Origin: an uncultured Methanolobus sp.
Lineage (GTDB): Archaea; Halobacteriota; Methanosarcinia; Methanosarcinales; Methanosarcinaceae
Length of the DNA: 64,000 nucleotides
NCBI GenBank assembly: GCA_963675495.1
Contig: OY776215.1
Span: 608,001-672,000, forward strand
Direction of reading: 5' to 3'
Both the position numbers and the translations under genes were made by a program. Of this stretch, positions 18,095 to 28,841 are shown piece by piece; the stretch's first letter is position 1; each line of letters opens with the position of its first letter. The notes below the pieces were generated by a model that was not told the DNA's origin, ran no database searches, and worked only from the letters and a program-made list of their open reading frames with translations.

Positions 18095-19105
18095 TTACTC
18101 TATGTTTATATGAAGTTTCTTTGCAGCCTCCTTAATCAAAGGCTGGCATAGCTCCTGATCAAGTTTTTTCCGGCCGGCTTCCCTTGACATATCCCCGCTT
18201 CTGACAATTCCCGCTATGTCAAAAGCATAGGGATGTATTCCATATTTTTTCATATGATTGTAGCAGGCAAACGAATTCAATGTGCAATTAGTCGAATTGC
18301 TATCATTTATATCCGGAGGATTCCAGCCGATCTCCACCAGCTTTTCCAGGATCTTCTCCTCATCATAATCCCACAGACACAATGGGTGTAGAATTTTTGG
18401 AATGTTTTTGCCCATGTTTTCAATGACGTCCTTTTTTATCAAAAACAGTTCATCACTATCATCGACACCTATATTTTCAAGCTGTTTTTCAAAAAGGCTC
18501 CTTGATAATTTTATAAAATTACCCGATAAGTTGATGATGGGATTTGGGGACTGCCCGGATGTGAAAGCAAACATGATGAAAGGGGTTTTACGAACAATCG
18601 CCTGTTCTATCAATTTCTGTTTGATGATGCTGATACAAGTATTGCATATGTCACTTGCCCTGTATTTGGCTAACCTGGGAAATGCATCATAGGAATTGGC
18701 AGCCTTACGGAATATATCATACAGCACCTCATCTTCCATACCCAGTTTGAAATAGTCACATCCTGTGATCTCGCACATCTTTATGGCATTTGCGATTGCA
18801 TTCTCAGATATGAACCCATTATCGAACTGGACAGCCAGTACTTTAAGGAAAGGATAATCCTGTTTCAGCTTATAGAGCGTGTATGAAGAGTCTTTACCTC
18901 CTGAAAGTGCAAAGATCACATCATATTCTTCCCTGCCCTTATACTCCTCAAAGAGTTTTTCCATCCGGGACAGGTATTCGCTCTTTTCCTGTGAAGAAAC
19001 TGGTCTATAGGTCTCACAGAAATGGCAAAGGCCACTATTTTCATTGATCGTTATGCCTGGAATATCCGAATCCAGAATGCATTTTTCACATGCTACTTTT
19101 GACAT
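18095..19105 (-). CDS. N-acetyl-sugar amidotransferase-like PP-loop protein (WbpG-like)
   Basis: CEKC...CHFC, ALSGGKDS, FDNGF, CNTC, STNC. Confidence 0.75.
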   Translation of the reverse strand: MSKVACEKCILDSDIPGITINENSGLCHFCETYRPVSSQEKSEYLSRMEKLFEEYKGREEYDVIFALSGGKDSSYTLYKLKQDYPFLKVLAVQFDNGFISENAIANAIKMCEITGCDYFKLGMEDEVLYDIFRKAANSYDAFPRLAKYRASDICNTCISIIKQKLIEQAIVRKTPFIMFAFTSGQSPNPIINLSGNFIKLSRSLFEKQLENIGVDDSDELFLIKKDVIENMGKNIPKILHPLCLWDYDEEKILEKLVEIGWNPPDINDSNSTNCTLNSFACYNHMKKYGIHPYAFDIAGIVRSGDMSREAGRKKLDQELCQPLIKEAAKKLHINIE

Positions 19106-20573
19106 TTTGATACTCCATTATAATAGTTCGATTGCATATTTTCCCATTTTCGCTAAGTGGAAGATGATCGATAAAAACCACTTCCTGTGGATACAGGTAC
19201 CCAGGCAGATTCTTTCTGCAGAATGAGAACAGGACATCGGCATCTGTGCATTGTTCAGATATCACCATAAGAGAAATGGCATTCCCCAGAAGCTCGTGGA
19301 AAACCGGAACGACAAAAACTTTTGCAACTTCATTGTTGTCCTCTATATATTTCTCAACTTCCCGTGGATTGACACGATGATCGCCTATTTTTATAATATC
19401 GTCCTTACGGCCCAGCAACCTGAAATAACCATTGGATAACTTCTTCACAAGGTCTCCGGTGTGCATCCAGCCGTTGATGATCTTATTTCTGGAGGCAATC
19501 TCATCATCCAGATAACCCATCATTATGTTATCACCCCTGGCAACCAGTTCACCTTCCACATTCGGTCCCAGAGGCATATTATCTGCACCTACCACGTCCA
19601 GTGTAACACCAGGAATAGCTTTGCCTATTGTATGAACAAAATCATCCACATCTTCAAATGGCAGGTATGCCAGTCTTGCTGTGGCTTCGGTCTGACCATA
19701 CATTGGTACTATCTCAATACCATTATTCAAATCTTTTAAATTTTTAACAATGAACCCATCCATTGCCCCACCTGCCGACGCAGCGAGCCTGATATTTTTG
19801 AATGCCGTTTTGAACCTGTCGGGATATTGGAGGAGTATGCGATAGGTACTGGGAACCCCATAGAATATGGATACTCCGGATTCCAGCAAATTGAATGTCG
19901 AGCCTATAAAATTCATGTTCCCTATCTTTACAGAGCCTCCGGCCATCAGGTGAGAATCGATTATGGAATTGCCATAAGCATGATGCGGGGATATGACCAG
20001 TGCTGCTTTATCATTGGGTGTTATCCCTAGTACCTCTACTATAGACTCTGCATTTGCAATCAGGTTCCTGTCACTCAGCATGACCCCTTTTGGAGTACCC
20101 GTTGTGCCAGAAGTGTAGAGCACAAGAGCCAGCTGCGGATCATTGTTCTCATCTACGATACTTGCTCGCAGGGTCTTCATAGAAGTATCATTTGAAACAA
20201 CTATTACTGTTCCAAAACGATCAAAAAAATCCTCCCCAAACCTGGAATACTGCATTTCAGTTGCAATTATATTATTGACATGAGCGGTATCGAGAATTCG
20301 CTCCAGGCTGGACATCGGCAATTCGATCGGCAGGGGGATTGCGATGTCGTCCGACCTGTATACTGCCATGAGCATCTTTATGTATTGAATACCGGATTCT
20401 GCCAGTATTGCGAACCTGCAGTTCCCATGGTCCATCATAGATGAAGCAATTGTGCTTATGTCCCTGTCAAGACAAGCATAAGAGACAGTTTTTTCACCTT
20501 CTTCCAGAGCAATCCGGTAAGGGTATTCCTTTGCATGCCTTGTTATGAAAGAATCAATTTTCATGACCATCAT
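19086..20573 (-). CDS. AMP-dependent acyl ligase (adenylate-forming)
   Basis: YTSGTTGTPKG, MYGQTE, HTGD, GRKDDIIK, NGK. Confidence 0.9.
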   Translation of the reverse strand: MMVMKIDSFITRHAKEYPYRIALEEGEKTVSYACLDRDISTIASSMMDHGNCRFAILAESGIQYIKMLMAVYRSDDIAIPLPIELPMSSLERILDTAHVNNIIATEMQYSRFGEDFFDRFGTVIVVSNDTSMKTLRASIVDENNDPQLALVLYTSGTTGTPKGVMLSDRNLIANAESIVEVLGITPNDKAALVISPHHAYGNSIIDSHLMAGGSVKIGNMNFIGSTFNLLESGVSIFYGVPSTYRILLQYPDRFKTAFKNIRLAASAGGAMDGFIVKNLKDLNNGIEIVPMYGQTEATARLAYLPFEDVDDFVHTIGKAIPGVTLDVVGADNMPLGPNVEGELVARGDNIMMGYLDDEIASRNKIINGWMHTGDLVKKLSNGYFRLLGRKDDIIKIGDHRVNPREVEKYIEDNNEVAKVFVVPVFHELLGNAISLMVISEQCTDADVLFSFCRKNLPGYLYPQEVVFIDHLPLSENGKICNRTIIMEYQNVKSSM

Positions 20574-20814
20574 TTGTCATTTTGACTATCATATTCGTGA
20601 TTCCCTGCAATGAATCCAAATTCTCCGGGGTCAACATGTCCTCCGGGATTTCTATTGAATAATTCTCACAGATAAAATCCAGGAGTTCCAGCAGACCGAT
20701 AGAATCCATGATCCCGTTCTGTGTGAGAGAATCCGTATCATTTAACTGAGTATTGTTGTCCATAAAAGATTGGACTTTCAGATAGTCAAGTATATCATTT
20801 TTAATTTGTTGCAT
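20554..20814 (-). CDS. Acyl carrier protein
   Basis: 86 aa, acidic, GIMDSIGLLEL phosphopantetheinylation motif, LTPENLDSL; GGTGG RBS. Confidence 0.9.
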   Translation of the reverse strand: MQQIKNDILDYLKVQSFMDNNTQLNDTDSLTQNGIMDSIGLLELLDFICENYSIEIPEDMLTPENLDSLQGITNMIVKMTNDGHEN

Positions 20815-21000
20815 GTGCTATTACCACCACTTTTTTAGTACCACTTCTCTTCCAAATCAACCTGTAAGCACTATAGGCTGATTTGCTCCCATATACACGA
20901 CGTTTTAATGATATATAAAAATTATTGAATGTCTTTATGAACCCAGGGTCTTTGTAATTATAGTCAAATATCATGTGTATCAGACTGATTTCTTTAACAT

Positions 21001-21729
21001 TCACCTGATATCCCCCTCATTATTCAATTCATTCTTGATCTGATTCTTTTTACCGCAGGCAATTTTCTCAAGGCGACATATATTGATCCTATGCTGACTG
21101 GAACCATTAATAATAGCAAGAATGTATTTGTTGTTTATGAGATAACTTGAATGGCATATACTGTCAAGGTCTAATTCCTTATTGAGAGCAGAAAAAAGAC
21201 TCTTATTTGAAAACTTACAATATGCTTCTTTAAGGGCCCATATAGTTAGATTGTCGAGCTCTTTTGAACATTTGTCATCATCTGAATTTTTTGTCTGCAG
21301 GTATTTTGAAACACTTTTAAGACAGAGAGACCTTTTCACCTCAATATCGATACCGATCTCTATCTTTGAGATTGCCAGAACAACTGTATTTTCAGTATAC
21401 GAGATGCAAAGGTTTAAGTCATCATGATCACGCACATGGAGCCTGCCGTATTTATCCTTATACAGAGATATGTCGGATAGGGATCTTCCATTTAGAAGAC
21501 TACACAGAATATATTTGAGAACCATTCTGGAAATGATATATCTTTTTTTGAAATATTCGGTTTTTAGACCTTCCAGATGTTCCTTTTCGCTGTTATCCAG
21601 ATGATCTTCATCCAATGAGCTATAGTCATCCAGATCGATCAGAAAGATAAGAACATCATTCTGCTCCCACAGGAAAGGTATGTGCTCCGGAGAACTAGTG
21701 GATGGTATCTCTAAATTTATAATTCCCAT
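21001..21729 (-). CDS. 4'-phosphopantetheinyl transferase (Sfp-type)
   Basis: YGR, CISYT, IGIDIE and WALKEAYCK motifs. Confidence 0.85.
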   Translation of the reverse strand: MGIINLEIPSTSSPEHIPFLWEQNDVLIFLIDLDDYSSLDEDHLDNSEKEHLEGLKTEYFKKRYIISRMVLKYILCSLLNGRSLSDISLYKDKYGRLHVRDHDDLNLCISYTENTVVLAISKIEIGIDIEVKRSLCLKSVSKYLQTKNSDDDKCSKELDNLTIWALKEAYCKFSNKSLFSALNKELDLDSICHSSYLINNKYILAIINGSSQHRINICRLEKIACGKKNQIKNELNNEGDIR

Positions 21730-22122
21730 GCAAACTCCCTATATCTATTACAATGAACTGCATATTAAGAAGTAGTGCCCAGAATTGGAAAATATGGGAA
21801 CAATCGAGTCCAGCATTATAATACTGAAACCGATGCGTATTATGATGATGATAATATAAAATATGCAGATTTTACAGGGATATTATTATATGCAATAACT
21901 TTTCTATAGAAGTTGCGAAGATTATGGTCATGGGTGGTATTGACTATGGGGTGGCTTCAAATTAATTTATTTGTGCTTAAAGATATTTATAGCTATAATT
22001 GGTGCTTTGGTAAATTCAAGAAACGTGCTGATGAAAACATGGAAAAAGAATCAGGCTTGGTGGGTTCACACTGTTTAGATGAAGTCGACCATTACACGTA
22101 TAATTATGTGGGAGCGAAATAA

Positions 22123-23811
22123 ATGGTACTGAACCTTGAGAATCATGATTTCACACTCAATAAATTTAGTCAATTATGCGAAGTAATAGTCCAAAACTAT
22201 CCAACCATAACAGTAGCAGAGTATCTGGAAAAACAGTGCCCAAACAAATTCGTTATAATGCGTCATGATATTGACAGGATGCCTGGAAACGCATTGAAGA
22301 CCGCAAAGATCGAGCAGGAATTAGGTATAAGGTCAACATACTATTTCCGATCGAACAAAAATGTATTTCGCCCGAAGATAATCAAGCAAATTGAAGATAT
22401 GGGCCATGAAATTGGTTACCATTATGAAACATTAAGTGAAGCAAACGGAGACTATGAAAAAGCTATCGAAATATTCCGATCTACCCTGGATGAATTCAGA
22501 AAGATAAGTGATGTTAAAACGATCTGTATGCACGGAAAACCTCTGTCAAAATACGATAACCGTGATATATGGAATGTCTACGATTTCAGGGATTATGATA
22601 TAATCGGGGAAGCTTATTTATCTTTAGATAAAGGGCTTGATTACCTCTCAGATACCGGAAGAAATTGGGGTTCCGGAAACAACCTGAGAGATTTTATACC
22701 AGGTAAAAAAGAAAAAGATCTTGCTGATAAAACTGATGATATCATTGAAGTGATCAAGAGTAACAAGATCGATCATTTGTATATTCTAACACATCCGGAA
22801 AGATGGTCTTCAAATATTGCTGAGTGGAGCTTGTATTATTCAGTTGATCATACAGTTAATCTTGGGAAAAAAATGTTGATGATGTTAAATAGGAAGGATA
22901 AGCAGATGCCACAAGAGAAAAACAGTAGTTTATCAGTTACAGTTGACATTGAAGACTGGTATCATATCCCTTCTGTTTGTGGGTCTACTTTTTCAGTATA
23001 TAAAGATGTTAACGAATTTTTTGAGAACTGGAAAGACAGGTATGATTATTTGACAGAGCCAACAGGAAGAGTGCTGGATCTTCTTGATGAATTTAATATA
23101 ACTGCCACATTCTTTGTTGTTGCAGATGTTGCAGAAAATTACCCGGGATTAATTGAATCAATTGTTGAAAGGGGTCACGAGATCGCATGTCATGGTTCAC
23201 ACCATACATGCAAGATAAATTTAAAAACAAAACAACCTCTTATGAGTATTGAAGAATTTGAAACTGATGCCTTAGAAGCAAAACAGATCCTTGAGAAAAT
23301 ATCAGGACAAGAGGTAATTGGGTACAGAGCACCAAACGCAGCAGTTACAGGAGAGATGCTGAACTCACTTGAAAGACTTGGATATAAGTACGATTCTTCG
23401 GTCTCTGTGAATTCACTGTACAATAAAACAGATTCTTCCCTACAAGGAGTCTCATCCATACCATATTATCCAGCTTCTGGAAGCTTGGAACCCACTGAAA
23501 AGAGAGATTTTGTTGAGTTTCCGTGGGCCTATTATGATACAGGTATTAAAATTCCTTCATCGGGTGGACCAATGTTGAGATTTTTGGGAGCAAATGTCAT
23601 TTTGAAAGGACTAAAACAGAGTTTGGACAGGGGACATACCATATTTTATTTTCACTCCATTGATATTTCTAATGAAGATTTTCCGCGTATAGGCAAAGGT
23701 AGACCTATGTACTGGTCTATAAAAGGAAATGTGGTTGAAAAAAAGATCAGACATGTGTTGAAAAATTTAAAACATGTAGAAAAAGTTCCATTGAGAGACC
23801 TGGTGCAATGA
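22123..23811 (+). CDS. Two-domain polysaccharide deacetylase-like fusion (N-half paralogous to the next gene; C-half NodB/DUF3473-like)
   Basis: N-half MRHDID, GHEIGYHYE, CMHG, LTHPERW; C-half TVDIEDWY, ATFFVV, HEIACHG, GYRAP, YDSS. Confidence 0.8.
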   Translation: MVLNLENHDFTLNKFSQLCEVIVQNYPTITVAEYLEKQCPNKFVIMRHDIDRMPGNALKTAKIEQELGIRSTYYFRSNKNVFRPKIIKQIEDMGHEIGYHYETLSEANGDYEKAIEIFRSTLDEFRKISDVKTICMHGKPLSKYDNRDIWNVYDFRDYDIIGEAYLSLDKGLDYLSDTGRNWGSGNNLRDFIPGKKEKDLADKTDDIIEVIKSNKIDHLYILTHPERWSSNIAEWSLYYSVDHTVNLGKKMLMMLNRKDKQMPQEKNSSLSVTVDIEDWYHIPSVCGSTFSVYKDVNEFFENWKDRYDYLTEPTGRVLDLLDEFNITATFFVVADVAENYPGLIESIVERGHEIACHGSHHTCKINLKTKQPLMSIEEFETDALEAKQILEKISGQEVIGYRAPNAAVTGEMLNSLERLGYKYDSSVSVNSLYNKTDSSLQGVSSIPYYPASGSLEPTEKRDFVEFPWAYYDTGIKIPSSGGPMLRFLGANVILKGLKQSLDRGHTIFYFHSIDISNEDFPRIGKGRPMYWSIKGNVVEKKIRHVLKNLKHVEKVPLRDLVQ

Positions 23812-23929
23812 TCAATATGGAATTTGATATCAAACAATTGAAGCCTAAAGATGAAAAGAACCGGGGTGACTTTGTCATGGAAAATGACATTGCTTTTCAC
23901 AAATGTTTTTTAAGAGGGTGGGATTTATA

Positions 23930-24706
23930 ATGTTGAATTTTCACGACCTTGATTTCACACATGAAAAATTCTCTCAACTCTGTTCTACAGTAGCAAACAA
24001 CTATACCACCATTACCATGGATCAGTATCTCAACCCGGATAATGAGCTTCCAGAACGTTTTATCCTGATGCGCCATGATGTGGATGGATGGGCAAAGAAC
24101 GCATTAAAAACTGCGCACATAGAAAAGAAACTTGGGATACAGGCAACTTATTATTTCAGAATGAACAAAAATTCTTTTGTTCCTGCCATCATAAAAGAAA
24201 TCGAGGATATGGGGCATGAGATTGGTTACCACTACGAGACTTTGAGCACTGCAAAAGGGGACTACGAAAAAGCTATCGAATTATTCAAGAATAATGTGAA
24301 TGAATTCAAAGATATCTGCAGCCTCAAAACGATTTGTATGCATGGAGCCTCGCTATCAAAACATGACAACCGAGATCTCTGGAACGTCTATGATTTCAAA
24401 GATTTTGGAGTTCTTGGAGAAGCATATCTATCTGTTGGAGAAGAACTAAACTATTTCACTGATACTGGAAGAGGATGGAACTCAAAGAACAATCTAAGAG
24501 ATTTTATTCCTGGCAAAAAAGAAAGGATATTTGCTGATACAACGGATAATCTTATTAAATTGATAGAGAGCGGAGAAATTAATAACTTTTATATTTCACT
24601 TCATCCGGACCGATGGACACCAAATGCTTTTAGATGGGGGTTGTTCTGGTTACAGGATCTTGCATTTAACTCGGGGAAGAAGGTTTTGAGGGGGATACGG
24701 AAATGA
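23930..24706 (+). CDS. Polysaccharide deacetylase-like hypothetical protein
   Basis: MRHDVD, ATYYFR, GHEIGYHYE, CMHG, LHPDRW. Probable ATG at 23930. Confidence 0.7.
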   Translation: MLNFHDLDFTHEKFSQLCSTVANNYTTITMDQYLNPDNELPERFILMRHDVDGWAKNALKTAHIEKKLGIQATYYFRMNKNSFVPAIIKEIEDMGHEIGYHYETLSTAKGDYEKAIELFKNNVNEFKDICSLKTICMHGASLSKHDNRDLWNVYDFKDFGVLGEAYLSVGEELNYFTDTGRGWNSKNNLRDFIPGKKERIFADTTDNLIKLIESGEINNFYISLHPDRWTPNAFRWGLFWLQDLAFNSGKKVLRGIRK

Positions 24707-25380
24707 AATTAATTGACAAGATCATCAACAAGCTCATTTTGATGCGGAGTTTCAAATATTACTCAGAAGACAAATATCTAATAAAAAAAGCATTGGAGTA
24801 TCCTTTAAACAAAAATCCAAAAGTTCTGGATGTTGGTTGTGGAATTGGGCATCATTCATTCCTGTTCGAAAAATATGGAGCAAGCGTAATTGCTTTTGAT
24901 TGTGATCAAAATGTAATTAAAAAAGCAAACGAAAAAAAGAAAGAACTCAACTCAAATGTAGAATTTTTGATTGCTGATGGAAGATTTCCGGAAAAATACT
25001 TTGCTGAAAAATTTGATATTATTTTTATGGCTGGTTTCTCAATATTTGGAACTGAGCTGAACAAAGAAATAATGAAAAAATATCTATCGCTGTTTAGTGC
25101 AGAAGGTAGACTGGTTTTTGTACATAATTCTAATCTAACGGGGACTGTTAGACAGACAAATTGGAGAAATCATACGATTGAAGAGTTAAAATCTTTTTTT
25201 GAAAGTTCCGGATACAACATCCAAAATATTTATTTTTATGATCGACATGTTATTGTTAAAATATTGCGCCACTTTGCCATTACAAACTTTTCAACAAAAC
25301 TTCACATTTTAATATCTCAAATAACACAATTGCCTTGTTCTTTGGTTTTTGTTGTAAGGAAAAGTGAATATGACAGTTAA
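24703..25380 (+). CDS. Class I SAM-dependent methyltransferase
   Basis: VLDVGCGIG, FDIIF; ATGA overlap with the upstream gene. Confidence 0.85.
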   Translation: MKLIDKIINKLILMRSFKYYSEDKYLIKKALEYPLNKNPKVLDVGCGIGHHSFLFEKYGASVIAFDCDQNVIKKANEKKKELNSNVEFLIADGRFPEKYFAEKFDIIFMAGFSIFGTELNKEIMKKYLSLFSAEGRLVFVHNSNLTGTVRQTNWRNHTIEELKSFFESSGYNIQNIYFYDRHVIVKILRHFAITNFSTKLHILISQITQLPCSLVFVVRKSEYDS

Positions 25381-25413
25381 TGCTTGTACAAAAACTTTAG
25401 TGCTGGTGATAAA

Positions 25414-26448
25414 ATGAGAATACTTTTTAACGTAGGTCATCCGGGTCAAATTCATTTATTTAAGAATGTAATCCGAATTCTGGAGAAACATGGCCATGAT
25501 TGTAAGATAACAGCAGTTGACAAAGAAGTATCTATTGCCTTATTGGATGCTTATGGATTCGAATATGAAATTGTTGGAAGCGCAAAACCGTCTCTTTTTT
25601 CAAAAGCTACAGAATTATTAAAAATTGAATACAAACTGTACAGGATATCAAGGTCATTCAAACCTGATATCCTGGTAGGTGGAGTAGGTAATGCATATCT
25701 TGCTCATTTAGGCAAGGTTATCGGTAAACCTTCTATAATATTCGATGATACTGAGCATGCAAAAATAGAACGTCTGCTGACAGACCCCTTTGCAACTGTG
25801 ATTTGCACGCCTTCCAGTTTCCAAAAAGATCTGGGACGAAAGCAAGTTCGATACAACGGATATCATGAACTTGCATACATCCACCCTAATTATTTCGCAC
25901 CAAATCCTGAAGTTCTAAATGAACTTGGGTTAAAAGAAAATGATATTTTTATAATTTTACGTTTCGTCTCGTGGGATGCAGATCATGATTTTGGCCATCA
26001 TGGAATACAGAACAAAATTGAATACGTAAAAGAGCTTGAAAAATATGGAAGAGTGCTAATTACCTCTGAAGGCAAATTAGATGGTATGCTGGAGAAGTAT
26101 CGTATAAAGGCATCGCCAGAGAAACTACATGATTTATTATCTTATGCTACACTATATGTGGGAGATGGTGCAACAACAGCTGTTGAAGGTGCAGTTTTGG
26201 GCACTCCTTCGATTTATGTCTCATCGCTTGCCGGGACAATGGGTAATTTCATTGAACTCGAAGAAAAATATAGACTGCTATTCAATTATGAAGATTGCGA
26301 TGAAGCTTTGAATAAAGCGGTTGAACTTGTCCAGACTTCAAATATCAAAAACGAATGGAAAAAGAAAAGAGATCAATTATTTAAAGAAAAAATTGATGTG
26401 ACTGCATTCATGGTGAAATTCGTAGAAGAATATCATAACCATTTCTAA
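25414..26448 (+). CDS. DUF354 family protein (GT-B-like)
   Basis: HPGQIHLFK, FDDTEHA, YNGYHELAYIHP, ILRFVSW, EGAVLGTP. Confidence 0.8.
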   Translation: MRILFNVGHPGQIHLFKNVIRILEKHGHDCKITAVDKEVSIALLDAYGFEYEIVGSAKPSLFSKATELLKIEYKLYRISRSFKPDILVGGVGNAYLAHLGKVIGKPSIIFDDTEHAKIERLLTDPFATVICTPSSFQKDLGRKQVRYNGYHELAYIHPNYFAPNPEVLNELGLKENDIFIILRFVSWDADHDFGHHGIQNKIEYVKELEKYGRVLITSEGKLDGMLEKYRIKASPEKLHDLLSYATLYVGDGATTAVEGAVLGTPSIYVSSLAGTMGNFIELEEKYRLLFNYEDCDEALNKAVELVQTSNIKNEWKKKRDQLFKEKIDVTAFMVKFVEEYHNHF

Positions 26449-26484
26449 GTATGAGCTCGAAAGCGAGGGAAAGTAAGTGATTTT

Positions 26485-27540
26485 ATGTATGAGAGTTTAA
26501 AGGATAACACAGAAATGTGGGATTTGTTCACCGCAAAAGAAGAGTACTTTCCAAGACAATTGGATAATCATAGACGATGTACTTATGCTTATAGTAATTC
26601 CAAGGATGTTTTAGAACCTAGGGTTTCAAAATTCCTAACTCAAACTGGTTTAGATGTTGAATACCCAAATAATACAAATTTTGCTGTTTGTTTAACGCAC
26701 GATATAGATGATATTTATCCTCCTTTACAACATACTCTTTTAGCCTCTGCATATTGTTTAAAAAATTTACATTTCAATGAATTGAATAAGCAAATGTTTT
26801 GGAAATTTAAAGGCAAAAAAATATCTCCCTATATAAACTTCAAGCAAATTATAGAATTAGAAGATAAATACGATGCTAAATCGTCTTTTTATTTTATTGC
26901 AGCAAAAGAAGACGTTAAGCGATTTAGATATAATATTGAAGACATCAAAAATGAATTAAGATTCATTGCTAATAGTGGATGGGAAGTTGGCTTACATGGA
27001 GGATACTATTCATATGACAATTTTGATGAGATTGTGAAAGAGAAAAATAGATTAGAGGCTGTCCTAGGCCAAGAGATTATCGGATTTAGGAATCATTATC
27101 TCAGGTTTAAGGTTCCTGATTCATGGGATTTGCTATCAAAAGCTGGCTTTAAGTATGATACTACATTTGGATATAGTGATATGGTTGGTTTTAGAAATGG
27201 AATGTGTCATCCATTTAAACCATATAATCTGAATGAAAACAAAGAAATCGATATTTTAGAAATTCCTTTAGTTGTAATGGATGTTGCACTTTTTGATGTT
27301 GCTACCTCTTTTGATGATGCCTGGAAATATACTAAAAATCTAATCGATGTTGTCGAAAAACACAAAGGAATTATAACTATTTTGTGGCACAACAATGTAT
27401 TCAATTGCCCATTTAGAGTAACTTGGAGTAAATTATACGAAAAAATCCTGAAATACTGCTATGAAAAAAATGCTTGGATGACAAGTGGAAAAGAAATATG
27501 GAGGTGGTGGTGCCATGAAAACAGAACTCTTAGTTACTGA
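26485..27540 (+). CDS. Polysaccharide deacetylase family protein
   Basis: CLTHDID, EVGLHG, GFRNHYLRF, YDTTFG, ILWH. Confidence 0.85.
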   Translation: MYESLKDNTEMWDLFTAKEEYFPRQLDNHRRCTYAYSNSKDVLEPRVSKFLTQTGLDVEYPNNTNFAVCLTHDIDDIYPPLQHTLLASAYCLKNLHFNELNKQMFWKFKGKKISPYINFKQIIELEDKYDAKSSFYFIAAKEDVKRFRYNIEDIKNELRFIANSGWEVGLHGGYYSYDNFDEIVKEKNRLEAVLGQEIIGFRNHYLRFKVPDSWDLLSKAGFKYDTTFGYSDMVGFRNGMCHPFKPYNLNENKEIDILEIPLVVMDVALFDVATSFDDAWKYTKNLIDVVEKHKGIITILWHNNVFNCPFRVTWSKLYEKILKYCYEKNAWMTSGKEIWRWWCHENRTLSY

Positions 27541-27945
27541 TGGCTCAGATATAAATAACCATTCAATTATTACAACCTTTGAAAAAAACAAGTTTTATTA
27601 TTATATTATGAACAAGATTCTAAAACAGAACAAAATTATTAACCATGATAAAAATCCCCTGTTAACAAAACAATCGAACATTTTGTGAATATATATATAA
27701 AAATGTTAATACCTATCCTTATGCTAGTTCAATAAAAATTAAAACCGTTGTATCTTATTCGAACTATCGCTCTGGATATACATCGGAGGATTCACATTAT
27801 TCTTTGCCTATTATTGGTTTTAATCGATTGATCTTTTGAATAGTGTTGTATGTATTAACTTATTTGTGTATAACTCTACAGAAAAATGATAGAATTATTA
27901 TTTATAATATTAGTTACACGAAATACTTTGGAGTGTGGTGCATAA

Positions 27946-28824
27946 ATGAATAACTTAATAATAGTAACTCCGGCAAAAAATGAAGGTGATAACCTCTCAG
28001 AAGTTGCATCAGCTGTAATCAAACAGACAATGAAACCAACGTTGTGGATAATAGTTGACGATGGCAGCACAGATGAAACACCAGATATCATCAAAAGTTT
28101 TGAGACTAAACATAACTGGATAAAAAGTATAAAGTTGAATCCAACAGATCGAGATATCACCTTTCACTATTCACATGTTTGCAAAATGGGTTTTGATTAT
28201 GCTACTAAATACTGTGATTTGAATGCTATTGACTATAGATATATCTTATTACTTGATGCAGATACAATATTAGAAAGGCAGTATGTAGAAAAACTTACAA
28301 ATGAATTTAAAAAAAATACAAAACTTGGCATCGCAAGTGGGGGTATTTATTATAATATAAATGGAAAACTAAAATGGCTTAAAAGTAGTGAGACTTTACC
28401 TGCGGGTACTGGGAGAATGTGGTTGAAAGAATGTTTTATGGAAACGGGTGGATATATTGTTGAACCATCTCCAGATTCGATATCCAATGTTAAAGCGGTG
28501 TTACGCGGTTGGGAAATTAAAAAATTTAAACACATCGTTGCAGTCCAAAAAAGAGTAACCAGTAGTGCAGAAGGATTCTGGAATGGTTACAAAGCGAACG
28601 GATTTATGTATTATTATTTAAATAGCCATCCATTATTGGTTCTTTTAAACACTATTTATTATACTACCAAAAAACCATATTATATTGGTATAGCATTTTT
28701 TTATGGATATCTGAGTTCAATTTTGAAAAGAAAAACAAAAATAGATGATGAGGAAATTAAAAATTATTATTGGAATGAAAAATTTAAAAGTATAATAAAA
28801 GAAATTAAAAATATTCGAATATAA
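27946..28824 (+). CDS. Glycosyltransferase family 2
   Basis: VTPAKNE, IVDDGSTD, LLDAD. Confidence 0.9.
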   Translation: MNNLIIVTPAKNEGDNLSEVASAVIKQTMKPTLWIIVDDGSTDETPDIIKSFETKHNWIKSIKLNPTDRDITFHYSHVCKMGFDYATKYCDLNAIDYRYILLLDADTILERQYVEKLTNEFKKNTKLGIASGGIYYNINGKLKWLKSSETLPAGTGRMWLKECFMETGGYIVEPSPDSISNVKAVLRGWEIKKFKHIVAVQKRVTSSAEGFWNGYKANGFMYYYLNSHPLLVLLNTIYYTTKKPYYIGIAFFYGYLSSILKRKTKIDDEEIKNYYWNEKFKSIIKEIKNIRI

Positions 28825-28841
28825 AGATGTGAGGGATTTAT

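Noticed and set aside
20801-21004. 67-aa ORF between the PPTase and ACP genes
   Set aside because: It overlaps both neighbours but has no recognisable motif, and the ACP has its own RBS. It cannot be supported without a homology search.
15120-21729. Fatty-acid synthase or PKS/NRPS cluster
   Set aside because: There is no ketosynthase, condensation or malonyl-transferase gene, so carrier-dependent tailoring fits better.
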